A DNA stretch of 64,000 nucleotides, taken from Candidatus Latescibacterota bacterium. GTDB taxonomy: Bacteria > Latescibacterota > UBA2968. The notes under the pieces are model-generated. The model was not told the DNA's origin. It worked only from the letters and a program-made list of their open reading frames with translations, and did not search any database. The translations under genes and the position numbers were made by a program. The stretch lies in assembly GCA_965116885.1 (NCBI GenBank), contig OZ220741.1, positions 3,936,001 through 4,000,000 on the forward strand, read 5' to 3'. Below, piece after piece: positions 49,839 through 58,817 of the stretch (positions are counted from its first letter, which is position 1; each line of letters starts with the position of its first letter).

Positions 49839-51031
49839 GGATAGTGATTGTAGTTCGCCATGTCATAAGGCTGGGTTGAGATTGCCCAACTGGTGCCGAG
49901 TTCTGAGAAGAGTTTGCCCGTGCGGAAACTGCGGTCTAACAGGTTGTCCAGGCCCCTGATGATGTGGAAAGTGGCGCCGTCGCGTTTGACGACTTCGATT
50001 TCACGGTGATCAACTGTGACGATATTGGGACAGCTTTCGTGAGCGCCATTGACGCATAGGGTTTGTGCGCGTGCGACTTCTGGCGGGCACAGGGGCGTGG
50101 CGTTGTTTTGCAGTACATCTATGGCGTTGTGAAACGGGCCGTGGTGATCGCGCAAGTCTTGCTCTTCAAAGGGTTCTGTGCTGCCGTCGTTGTAGCGAAT
50201 GATTGAACTCGGACGACTCCATTCCACTGTTCCATGTTCACATTGAAGTTGCATGAGGGGATTGAAATTTTCGCGTGTGGAATGGGATAAACCGATGAGG
50301 ACGTCAACGCCATTTGCTAAAATGCGGAGTACGGCTGTATCGAGTGTCTGGATATCGCGTGCGCGGTAGAGTTCTGCCTGTACGGTCTCGGGCATGGCCG
50401 ATTCATGATGGGTTGCGCCGCACAGGTACATGGCATTGTTGAGGTCGTGCGCCATGGCGTTGTTAATTGGGCTGTCGAGAACATAGGTGCCGTCGTCGAG
50501 TGTGAGCTGTCCGGCCCAGGTATTGCGGCTGTAATACAGGTTGTTGCGCGGCCATCCGCCTTTGATGCGAATCGCGTGTAACTTGCCCAGCCGACCATCC
50601 AATAAGCGGGCTTTGATGGTCTGGATACTGGGTGCGTAGATCGATTGATATCCGATGAGCGCGATTTTGCCCGTTTTGTTTTTTCTATTAATTAGATGGT
50701 TGGCGTCCTGTACCGTGGCTGATAGTGGTTTTTCACAGATGACATTGAATCCCGCTTCGAGTGCTGCGACGGAATAGGGGACGTGATAGTGAATGCCGAT
50801 GGGCAAGGTGACGTAATCTACGCCTCCTGAGCTGAGCAGGTCATCATAAGTGTCGTAAATGCGAACATTACGGGTTTTAAATTCGGCGAGTTTTTCGGGG
50901 TGATTTTCCGGGTCAATGACAACGGCGGCATCGAGGCGCGCGCGTCCTTTTCGTTCGAGTGCTTCGACAGAGCGTACGTGTGTTTGTCCAAAGCCGCCAA
51001 TACCAACAATGCCAAATTTTACGGGGTTCAT
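49823..51031 (-). CDS. Gfo/Idh/MocA family oxidoreductase
   Basis: GIVGIGGFG, CEKP, YYSRN.WAG, DSPINNAMAH; ATG 51031 has an AAAGGAG RBS. Confidence 0.9.
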   Translation of the reverse strand: MNPVKFGIVGIGGFGQTHVRSVEALERKGRARLDAAVVIDPENHPEKLAEFKTRNVRIYDTYDDLLSSGGVDYVTLPIGIHYHVPYSVAALEAGFNVICEKPLSATVQDANHLINRKNKTGKIALIGYQSIYAPSIQTIKARLLDGRLGKLHAIRIKGGWPRNNLYYSRNTWAGQLTLDDGTYVLDSPINNAMAHDLNNAMYLCGATHHESAMPETVQAELYRARDIQTLDTAVLRILANGVDVLIGLSHSTRENFNPLMQLQCEHGTVEWSRPSSIIRYNDGSTEPFEEQDLRDHHGPFHNAIDVLQNNATPLCPPEVARAQTLCVNGAHESCPNIVTVDHREIEVVKRDGATFHIIRGLDNLLDRSFRTGKLFSELGTSWAISTQPYDMANYNHYPHGDK

Positions 51032-51117
51032 GAATTGCTCCTTTGTGAGAGAATAATAAAGAAAACAAAAGCTATTGCACGAGCAACTGAAATTAGTGGC
51101 ACAAATCTCAGGGGGAC

Positions 51118-52095
51118 ATGATGAAGGACATTTTATCTGTCGGGCTGATTGGTGCAGGTTCGAATGCGGGGGGACATGCGCGCGGTATTGCGGCAAATGA
51201 GAATATCCGGCTGGCGGCGGTTATGGATATTGACCGCAGTCGGGCAGAGGCTCTTGCCAATGAGCACAACGCCCGGGCTTATGGGGTGTTGGACGATTTA
51301 TTGAATGATCCCGAAGTTGAGGCTGTGCATGTGTGTTCGATTCACAAAGTACACGCCGAGCAGGTGGTTGCCGCGGCGCGTGCTGGAAAACATGTGCTGG
51401 TTGAAAAGCCAATGGCACTGTCTGTAGCCGAATGTGATCGCATGATTGCTGCGTGTGAAGATGCCGGTGTGGTGCTGATGGTGGGACAGGTGATGCGGCA
51501 CTTTCCCGTGAATTTGAGGGTAAAGGCCCTGATTCAGGAGGGTGCAATTGGCGAGGTCGGGCACATGATCCGCAGGCGATACGGCAATTTTGATCCTCCC
51601 GACCGATCCTGGTATCTCGATTTGGAATTGGGTGGTGTTTGTGTTTTGTATTGTTTTGGTCCTCACGAATACGATATTTTACCCTGGTATATCGATTCCC
51701 CCGTGGTTAAGGTATATTCGCAGGGCAGTGAAAGCGCGGAGCGATACGCAGGGCAAAAGGATTCGTATTCGACGATTATGAATCACAAAGATGGCACGGT
51801 GAGTGTGCTGACGCAAACTGTAGTGACGCATACTGGCGCGCACGATACGTATATTATGGGTAGTGAGGGATCTATCTGGATGACCAATCAAAAATTGATG
51901 GTCAATGGCAAAGAAGTGCCCATAGATGTGACATCGCGGGTGGGGATGCCCAGTCAGATAGCCGAATTTGTAGATTGTTGTCTCAATGGAAAAGTGCCCG
52001 ATGCCAATGGGAGGTCTGTGCGGCACACGATGGCTGTGATTGAGGCGGCAAAGTTCAGTGCCGAGTGCGGTGAACCGGTGATGGTGGACGAATAG
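51118..52095 (+). CDS. Gfo/Idh/MocA family oxidoreductase
   Basis: VGLIGAG, GKHVLVEKPMA, GPHEYD. Confidence 0.92.
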   Translation: MMKDILSVGLIGAGSNAGGHARGIAANENIRLAAVMDIDRSRAEALANEHNARAYGVLDDLLNDPEVEAVHVCSIHKVHAEQVVAAARAGKHVLVEKPMALSVAECDRMIAACEDAGVVLMVGQVMRHFPVNLRVKALIQEGAIGEVGHMIRRRYGNFDPPDRSWYLDLELGGVCVLYCFGPHEYDILPWYIDSPVVKVYSQGSESAERYAGQKDSYSTIMNHKDGTVSVLTQTVVTHTGAHDTYIMGSEGSIWMTNQKLMVNGKEVPIDVTSRVGMPSQIAEFVDCCLNGKVPDANGRSVRHTMAVIEAAKFSAECGEPVMVDE

Positions 52096-52279
52096 ACGAG
52101 AAAAGCGCGAATAGACGAATAGACGAACCCCGCTCTACCACCCAACGGGCGGGCACAGGGGCACCGCCCCTACATTGATGAACTGTTCCGAACCAGTTGT
52201 ACCCCGTTCCGTAGATTCGTAGATGAACTGGCCTGAGAGGCGACCAGTTGTACACCGCTCCGCTGATTCGTAGATTCGT
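52088..52279. repeat. Composite intergenic element: ACGAATAG octamers, REP-like hairpins, inverted ATTCGT repeats
   Basis: Octamers 52088-52130; minus-strand GTAGGGGCGGTGCCCCTGTGCCCGCCC (52147-52173); two GTACAACTGG...CAGTT hairpins (52181-52202, 52226-52253); gattcgtagattcgt to 52279. Confidence 0.8.
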
Positions 52280-52298
52280 TTTTTAATGGAGAGGATAT

Positions 52299-53759
52299 AT
52301 GAGCCAACCCAACGTGATTATTATTATGAGCGATCAGATGAAGGCAACGGCGAGCCATTTATACGGCAGTGCGTTTTGTCAGACGCCTTCTTTAGAGCGG
52401 ATGGCGAATGAGGGCGTGTTGTTCAAACACGCGGTTACGCCACATCCGCTGTGTGTACCGTGTCGGATTTCGTTTTGGACTTCTCAGTTTCCGCATTCGC
52501 ACGGTGGACGGCGAAATCAGACGCTGATGCCTGGCGATGCTACGCATGCGTTTAAGCTGTGGAAAGCCGCGGGGTATCGGTGTGGTCTGATTGGCAAGAA
52601 TCACTGTTTTGAGGAACAAAGCGATCTCGATTTGTTCGATGTGTGGTGTGAGATCGGACATGGCGGATTGCCCAGAGGTGCTGCGACAAAGGGGATGGAT
52701 TGGTTTCGATCCCGTGAGTCGATCAATGCCGCACATGTGGTGAGAAGGAATTTGCCGGATATTAGTCCGCAGTTTTCCTATGGGGTTAGCGATTTTCCGC
52801 TGGAGGATTATTCGACTGGGTTGGTGGCGGGGCAGACTGTGCGGTTTTTGGAGCAATTTGGCAATGAGCCGTTCGCGCTGTGGGTTTCCATTCCCGATCC
52901 CCATACGCCTTATGAATGTCCCGAGCGGTATGCGATTGCACCCGATGATGTGGTGATGCCGCCCTGGCGAGCGGATGAGTATAGCGATGGTACAGCGCCC
53001 GAACGCAACCGGGTCTTGCATGCGATGATTGGGGTAGAAGAGGATCCGATTGAACACGTAAAGGGCTGCGTGGGCGTGTATCACGGGATGGTGCGTTTTT
53101 TGGACGATGGCGTGGGGCAGATTTTGGATGCGCTGGATCGGCTCAATTTGCGCGAGAATACGGTTGTGGTTTTTTGTGCAGATCACGGTGATTTTTCGGG
53201 CGAACACGCGCAGATCGCCAAGGGTGGCGCGTTTTACGATTGTCTGACGCGCGTGCCGCTTATCGTGTCGTGGCCGGGGCAGATTCCGCAGGGTGTGGTG
53301 GATGAGAGTTGTGTCAATTTGATCGATATTGTGCCGACGATTTTGCAATTGCAGGGGCACGATGTGCCGCGTTCTATGCACGGGGAGGGGTTGCCCACGG
53401 TTACGGATACCGCACCGAGAGATGCGGCGTTTTCAGAATACGGCGCGGGTGGACCGGCATTTACAATGGCGGATTTGGAACAGTTTGAGAAGCCCTGGGG
53501 GCGGCGGGCTATTGCACAGTCTTTGCAATGGCGCGAGGCTGAAGGGCGCCGCAAGATGGTGCGTACAGCCAAATGGAAGTATGTGCATGATCCTATGGGG
53601 GATCTGGATGAATTGTACGATCTGGTGAACGATCCGTGGGAATTGTACAATGTGGTGGATAATGCCGATCACCGCGATGTCATCGCAGATTTGCAACTAA
53701 AATTGGCGGATTGGAGTATTCGCACAGAAGATGCGAGACCCGTTCCAATGCCGGAGTGA
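52299..53759 (+). CDS. Sulfatase (Cys type)
   Basis: PNVIIIMSDQ, CVPCRIS, GKNH, DPHTPY, ADHGD. Confidence 0.93.
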   Translation: MSQPNVIIIMSDQMKATASHLYGSAFCQTPSLERMANEGVLFKHAVTPHPLCVPCRISFWTSQFPHSHGGRRNQTLMPGDATHAFKLWKAAGYRCGLIGKNHCFEEQSDLDLFDVWCEIGHGGLPRGAATKGMDWFRSRESINAAHVVRRNLPDISPQFSYGVSDFPLEDYSTGLVAGQTVRFLEQFGNEPFALWVSIPDPHTPYECPERYAIAPDDVVMPPWRADEYSDGTAPERNRVLHAMIGVEEDPIEHVKGCVGVYHGMVRFLDDGVGQILDALDRLNLRENTVVVFCADHGDFSGEHAQIAKGGAFYDCLTRVPLIVSWPGQIPQGVVDESCVNLIDIVPTILQLQGHDVPRSMHGEGLPTVTDTAPRDAAFSEYGAGGPAFTMADLEQFEKPWGRRAIAQSLQWREAEGRRKMVRTAKWKYVHDPMGDLDELYDLVNDPWELYNVVDNADHRDVIADLQLKLADWSIRTEDARPVPMPE

Positions 53760-53770
53760 GGGATATAACT

Positions 53771-54721
53771 ATGAGCCAACCGCATCCGGAAATACAGAAA
53801 TTCGTACAGACATTTGAAAACGCGATGCACGATGATGGTCTGACTGATTTGCACAGCGGAGGGGTGGCAGCCGCAAGAGCCTTTAACGATTCGCGCAAAA
53901 TGCCAGATGATATGTTGCCGCCTATTTATCATGTGGAAGATAGCGCTATTTCAGGTGAAACGGGGGAGATCCCCATTCGCATTTATCGTCCGAACGACGA
54001 CCGCGAGTTGCCGCTTCTCATGTGGTTTCACGGCGGGGGATGGGTGCTGGGCGATCTGGATACTGGGGAGTTTAAATGCAGAAAACTCGCACACGATGTG
54101 GGGTGTGTTGTCGTTTCGGTTGATTATCGCTGTGCGCCAGAAACACCTTTCCCTGGTGCAATTGACGATTGTTTTGCCGCTACGTTATGGGCGGCGTCTT
54201 CAGCGGATGAATTGGGGGTTGATCCGTCCCACATTGCCGTGGCTGGCGATAGTGCCGGGGGCAATCTGGCCGCCTGTGTCGCCCTCCGCGCCCGAGATGC
54301 GGGATTAAATCTCGTTTTTCAATTGCTCGTTTATCCCGTTATTGAGGCAAATTTTGATCGTGCCTCTTATTCTGAAAATGCCGAGGGGTATTTGCTTACG
54401 GCCAGTGCGATGAAGTGGTTCTGGGATTGTTATGTTCCCAATATCGCAGACCGCAACCATCCCGATGTCGCGCCCATTTGCGCTTCTGATCTGTCTGGCT
54501 TGCCGCCCGCGCTGGTTATGACCGCTGAATTTGATCCCCTCCGCGATGAGGCTGAAGATTATGGCCAGGCCTTAAAAGCCGCAGGTGTTGACACTGTTAC
54601 ACGGCGTTATATTGGCATGACGCATGCGTTTTATATGTTGCCAACTGAAACTCCGGTTGCTGAAATTGACGCGGCGACCGATGAATCTACTGAGGCATTG
54701 CGCTGGGCTTTTAATAAGTAG
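53771..54721 (+). CDS. Alpha/beta hydrolase, hormone-sensitive lipase family esterase
   Basis: FHGGGW, DYRCAPE, GDSAGG, DPLRDE, H.F. Confidence 0.94.
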   Translation: MSQPHPEIQKFVQTFENAMHDDGLTDLHSGGVAAARAFNDSRKMPDDMLPPIYHVEDSAISGETGEIPIRIYRPNDDRELPLLMWFHGGGWVLGDLDTGEFKCRKLAHDVGCVVVSVDYRCAPETPFPGAIDDCFAATLWAASSADELGVDPSHIAVAGDSAGGNLAACVALRARDAGLNLVFQLLVYPVIEANFDRASYSENAEGYLLTASAMKWFWDCYVPNIADRNHPDVAPICASDLSGLPPALVMTAEFDPLRDEAEDYGQALKAAGVDTVTRRYIGMTHAFYMLPTETPVAEIDAATDESTEALRWAFNK

Positions 54722-54762
54722 TCAATTTCCTCACGCGACTGATCAACAACAGGAGACCATAT

Positions 54763-55827
54763 ATGTCGTCACTAAAAGAACAATACGTAGAAGAGGGATA
54801 CCTCGTTGTCAAAGATGTGCTCAATATCGAGCAGGATATTTATCCCTTGCAAAAAGCCTATTCTGCGCTCCTTGATGCGCTGGCGCGGATTTATCTGGTT
54901 GAGGCTAATTCTGAGGCACTGGATAGATTTGAAGAGATGTCTTTGCCCGAGCGGTTTGCGATGTCGCTCGGTGCGAGTCGGGGAACGGTTTTGCACCATC
55001 TCGATCCCGTGCTGAATATCTTTGTTTCGACTTTTCAGTGGCGCAAAGACCTGCCCGATGCGCGGATTCCCGAAATGTTTGCTCTTATGCGCCATCCAAA
55101 AGTCTTGGATGTTTTGGAAGTTCTTATCGGGTCGGAGATAGCTGCGTCGCCGATTTACCATTTTAATCTCAAACTCGCGCCCGATCATCTCAAGCTGGCA
55201 GACCAGGTGGCCGAGTCCGTGGGAGCAGATCTCTCAAAGGAGGGATTTTATACATTTCAGGTGGGCAAAACAGGATGGCACATGGACGCCGGTTCGGGCC
55301 TGAGAGATTCTCATGAGAGCGAGATTATCAATGCGTGGATTCCGATTACCCATGCGACCAAAGAAAATGGCTGCTTGGTGGTCATTCCCGGCAGTCACAA
55401 AGAAGGCGTCAAATACCATCCTTTTCCAGAAGATCTCGATGCGCAGGGAATTACTCTGCCCGTTGAGCCTGGAGATATTGTTTTTTTAGATAATAAAGTG
55501 ATGCACAGCTCTACGCCCAACACGAGCCGTGAAGATTATCGCTGGGCTTATAATTTCCGTTATTTGCCTATTGGGCAACCCTCTGGTCGTCCGTTTATAC
55601 CGGGTTTTGTTGCGCGCAGCCGCTCGGCTCCAGAAACAGAATTGCACAATGCCTATGTATGGAGCGCAATGTGGGTTCGCTGTCTGGATTATCTCACTGA
55701 AAAGGGCGCGCCCGCATCTTATGAAGACAGGAGCAAAATGGGCCTTGAAGAAGCGCAGGCGATTACCAGCCACTGGCGCGAACTCACCCCTGATGTGGAT
55801 GGTTGGTTGCGCTTGGGGAAGGATTGA
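54763..55827 (+). CDS. PhyH-family dioxygenase
   Basis: EEGYLVVKDV, WHMD, AWIPI..ENGCL..IPGSH, MHSS.PN....RW..NFRY. Confidence 0.92.
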   Translation: MSSLKEQYVEEGYLVVKDVLNIEQDIYPLQKAYSALLDALARIYLVEANSEALDRFEEMSLPERFAMSLGASRGTVLHHLDPVLNIFVSTFQWRKDLPDARIPEMFALMRHPKVLDVLEVLIGSEIAASPIYHFNLKLAPDHLKLADQVAESVGADLSKEGFYTFQVGKTGWHMDAGSGLRDSHESEIINAWIPITHATKENGCLVVIPGSHKEGVKYHPFPEDLDAQGITLPVEPGDIVFLDNKVMHSSTPNTSREDYRWAYNFRYLPIGQPSGRPFIPGFVARSRSAPETELHNAYVWSAMWVRCLDYLTEKGAPASYEDRSKMGLEEAQAITSHWRELTPDVDGWLRLGKD

Positions 55828-55828
55828 T

Positions 55829-56788
55829 ATGGATAAGGTAAAAATTGGTATTATCGGTCTCGGTTCTTTTTGTTCGGGCTATCACATTCCGAATTTACTC
55901 AAGAGGTCGGATGTAGAAGTCACGGCGGTTTGCGATATTTCTCAGGCGTGTTTGGACGGGCGCGATAGGAGGTTGCGGGATAGTCGGGTATTTACCGATT
56001 ATCGCGATATGCTCGATCCGGATTTGATTGATGGCGTTTTTGTCAGTACGCCCAATCGGGCGCACTTCGCGTCCTGCAAGTTGGCGCTTGAGCGCGGTAT
56101 TCCGGCGATTGTCGATAAACCGATTACAGTGACAGTGGAAGATGCCGAGGAACTCGTCGGGTTGAGCAAGTCGCAAAATTGCATTTTGATGACGGCGTTC
56201 ACGCGTCATTTTATGTCCAGTACGGAATACGTGCGAAGGCAAATCGCGTCGGGTGCGATCACGCCGCAAATGCTCACGGCTGTCCAGCGGCAAAGTCCTG
56301 TCAAGCGCGGTATCGAAGACGGGGGCATGTTGCATCGGCGCACGATTCACATTACAGATGTTTTGCCGTGGATCACGGGCAAGCGCGTGGTCAGAGTGGA
56401 GGGCAAAATTCAATACGAGACCGGGCATATAGAGGAAACGCTGGTGGATATGCGTCTCGAATTTGAAGGGGGATTGTGCGCCAGTCTGCTCTGTATCAAG
56501 ACTTGCGACGAAAATCAGGATGAAGTCAACATATATACTGACAAGCAGAGTTATCGCTTGGAACGCGAGCGTCTCTACACGATTAAGCGCAGGGATGGCT
56601 GGCAACGCGTGGAGAATCTGCCCGAATACGGCAATTCGAGCGATCACTTTGTCGAGGCGATTAAAGGCAATCGTCCCGATCCCGATGCTCCCTTTGCCGA
56701 TCCGCACAGCGAAGACGGATTGCAAGCCCTGCGCATTGTTTTTGCTATGCACAAAGCGGCTCAAACAGGGCGTGTGGTGGATGTTTAA
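55829..56788 (+). CDS. Gfo/Idh/MocA family oxidoreductase
   Basis: KIGIIGLG, STPN..H, DKPI, GGML....IH..D; start moved to ATG 55829. Confidence 0.9.
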   Translation: MDKVKIGIIGLGSFCSGYHIPNLLKRSDVEVTAVCDISQACLDGRDRRLRDSRVFTDYRDMLDPDLIDGVFVSTPNRAHFASCKLALERGIPAIVDKPITVTVEDAEELVGLSKSQNCILMTAFTRHFMSSTEYVRRQIASGAITPQMLTAVQRQSPVKRGIEDGGMLHRRTIHITDVLPWITGKRVVRVEGKIQYETGHIEETLVDMRLEFEGGLCASLLCIKTCDENQDEVNIYTDKQSYRLERERLYTIKRRDGWQRVENLPEYGNSSDHFVEAIKGNRPDPDAPFADPHSEDGLQALRIVFAMHKAAQTGRVVDV

Positions 56789-56817
56789 ATTGATGACACC
56801 TAAAATAGGAAACAAAA

Positions 56818-58308
56818 ATGCCTTCTCAACCGAACATCGTTTTTATTCACGCCGAGAGCATGGATGGGCGAAAGATGGGCTGTATGGGCCATCCCGCCAT
56901 GCAAAATGCCACGCCCAATATGGATCGCCTCGCGAGTGATGGGGTGCTGTTTACCAATGCGTACACCAATTGTCCGGTGTGCAATCCGTCGCGGGCGAGC
57001 ATGTGGAGTGGAAAATATCCCAATTATTACGATTGCTGGAATAATCACGAAGGGCTACACGAGAATGTGCCCACGTATCAAAATACATTTGAGAGCGCGG
57101 GCTATCAGACCTCTGCTATCGGTCCTATCGATTACGCTTATGGCAAACACTCCATCCGAGATCGCATTGGCTCGTGGACGCGCGCGGCCAATATTCGCCG
57201 GCCTTTGTGTCGCACGACCTTGCCGCAAGTTGTAGATGATGGCAAGGCGAATGGGCGCGATTGGGATCGGACATATCAGGCAGTTGATCAACTGCATCAA
57301 TACGCCAGGAGCGACCGGCCCTTCTGGCTTTATCTCACTACGGGATTGGTGCATCCCGCATTTACTGCGGAGAAACGCCACATGCCGTTGATCGATGCGG
57401 ATAAGGTCGATATTCCGCCGACTTTGATGCCGCTTGAAGCTACGCACAATCAGGCGATTGCGTATCAACGCGTGACCAAAAATTGCGATAAACAGTTCTC
57501 TGAGAATATCGTTCGAGAGATTCGGCACACCTATTTTGCAATGATCGCCGCGCTTGATGAGATGGTTGGTCGGGTGCTTCAGACTGTCGATGATCTGGGG
57601 TTGCGCGATAATACGTATGTCATTTTTTCGAGCGATCACGGCGAAATGGCTGGCGATCAAAATCAGATTCTCAAGCGCTCGATGTACGAGGCATCATCCC
57701 ACGTTCCTCTCATTATTCGCGGTCCCGATGTGCAAAAAGGCGTTGTCGTCGATACGCCCGTTTCTCTCGTTGATCTATATCCCACATTTATGGATATGGC
57801 GCGTATTCGCTATGACGATTATGCGGATAATGCCGCGTACCCCGATGCGCTGGACGGAGAATCTCTATTTCCGCAACTCGTCGAGGGGGCGGGGCGCGAA
57901 CGCGATTGGGCGATGTGCGAATACCACGGCGACCGCTGTGCCACAGGCACGTTTATGTTGCGCCAGGGCGATTGGAAATACGTCAAGCACACGGGTTTTG
58001 ACTCCGAGCTCTTCAATCTCAAAGACGACCCCGATGAAACGACGGATCTCGTCCATGACAAACCGGAAATTGCCCGCGAATTGGATCGGGTGCTGACCGA
58101 GAGTTTTGATTGCGAAGGCATTGATGCGCGGGCGAAAGAATACGACCGCGAGAGTTTTGTCGCATGGCGCGAGCAGGCGCAACAAGAAGGTATTTATGAG
58201 GATACAATGGCGCTCGTCTATAGCGGTCATGATCGCATTTGTATTGAGGATATTGCGCCGTGGACAGATGGGGATGAACAGCAGATTGAAGCGTGGCTGG
58301 ACGAATAG
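56818..58308 (+). CDS. Sulfatase, arylsulfatase K-like
   Basis: ESMDGR, NAYTNCPVCNPSRASMWSG, WNN, SSDHGEM, KRSMYEASSHVPL. Confidence 0.9.
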   Translation: MPSQPNIVFIHAESMDGRKMGCMGHPAMQNATPNMDRLASDGVLFTNAYTNCPVCNPSRASMWSGKYPNYYDCWNNHEGLHENVPTYQNTFESAGYQTSAIGPIDYAYGKHSIRDRIGSWTRAANIRRPLCRTTLPQVVDDGKANGRDWDRTYQAVDQLHQYARSDRPFWLYLTTGLVHPAFTAEKRHMPLIDADKVDIPPTLMPLEATHNQAIAYQRVTKNCDKQFSENIVREIRHTYFAMIAALDEMVGRVLQTVDDLGLRDNTYVIFSSDHGEMAGDQNQILKRSMYEASSHVPLIIRGPDVQKGVVVDTPVSLVDLYPTFMDMARIRYDDYADNAAYPDALDGESLFPQLVEGAGRERDWAMCEYHGDRCATGTFMLRQGDWKYVKHTGFDSELFNLKDDPDETTDLVHDKPEIARELDRVLTESFDCEGIDARAKEYDRESFVAWREQAQQEGIYEDTMALVYSGHDRICIEDIAPWTDGDEQQIEAWLDE

Positions 58309-58388
58309 ACGAATCAACGAATCAACGAATAGACGAATAGACGAATCAACGAATCAACGAATAGACGAATAGACGAATCAACGAATCC
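58301..58388 (+). repeat. 11 x 8-bp tandem array ACGAAT(AG/CA)
   Basis: Unit endings in order AG,CA,CA,AG,AG,CA,CA,AG,AG,CA,CC; the first unit contains the sulfatase stop codon. Confidence 0.95.
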
Positions 58389-58442
58389 CACCCTGCTACC
58401 CAGAGGCGTTACAAACCCTGTCGTAGATTCGCATTTACTAAC

Positions 58443-58802
58443 ATGGCTACTGCACTTCTTATTGTCGATCACGGGTCGAGGCGCGAAGAAGCAAATCAGA
58501 TGCTTTACGGCGTTGCCGATATTCTGCGTCAAGAACGTCCCGAGATCATTGTTCACGTCGCACATATGGAACTGGCCGAACCCACTATCAGCCAGGGCAT
58601 TGAGGCCTGTGTGCGCGAGGGGGCGAGTGAGATTATTGTTCATCCCTATATGTTGTCTCCCGGACGCCATGCCACGGAGGATATTCCGCGTATGGCAACT
58701 GAAGCGGGGGCTGCGTATCCAGATGTAAGTATCCGCGTTACCGAACCTCTGGGCCTGCACGAAAAACTATGTGAAGTTATTCTCCAACGCGCCGGGTTGT
58801 GA
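58443..58802 (+). CDS. CbiX/SirB short-form chelatase domain protein
   Basis: VDHGSR...AN, AHME.AEP, PY.L.PGRH...DIP, PLG.H. Confidence 0.9.
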   Translation: MATALLIVDHGSRREEANQMLYGVADILRQERPEIIVHVAHMELAEPTISQGIEACVREGASEIIVHPYMLSPGRHATEDIPRMATEAGAAYPDVSIRVTEPLGLHEKLCEVILQRAGL

Positions 58803-58817
58803 GGGGAAGACGATTCT

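Noticed and set aside
58106..58760. ORFs with NRRINEST / FVDSLIRL peptide repeats
   Set aside because: Translations of the octamer DNA array, overlapping real genes.
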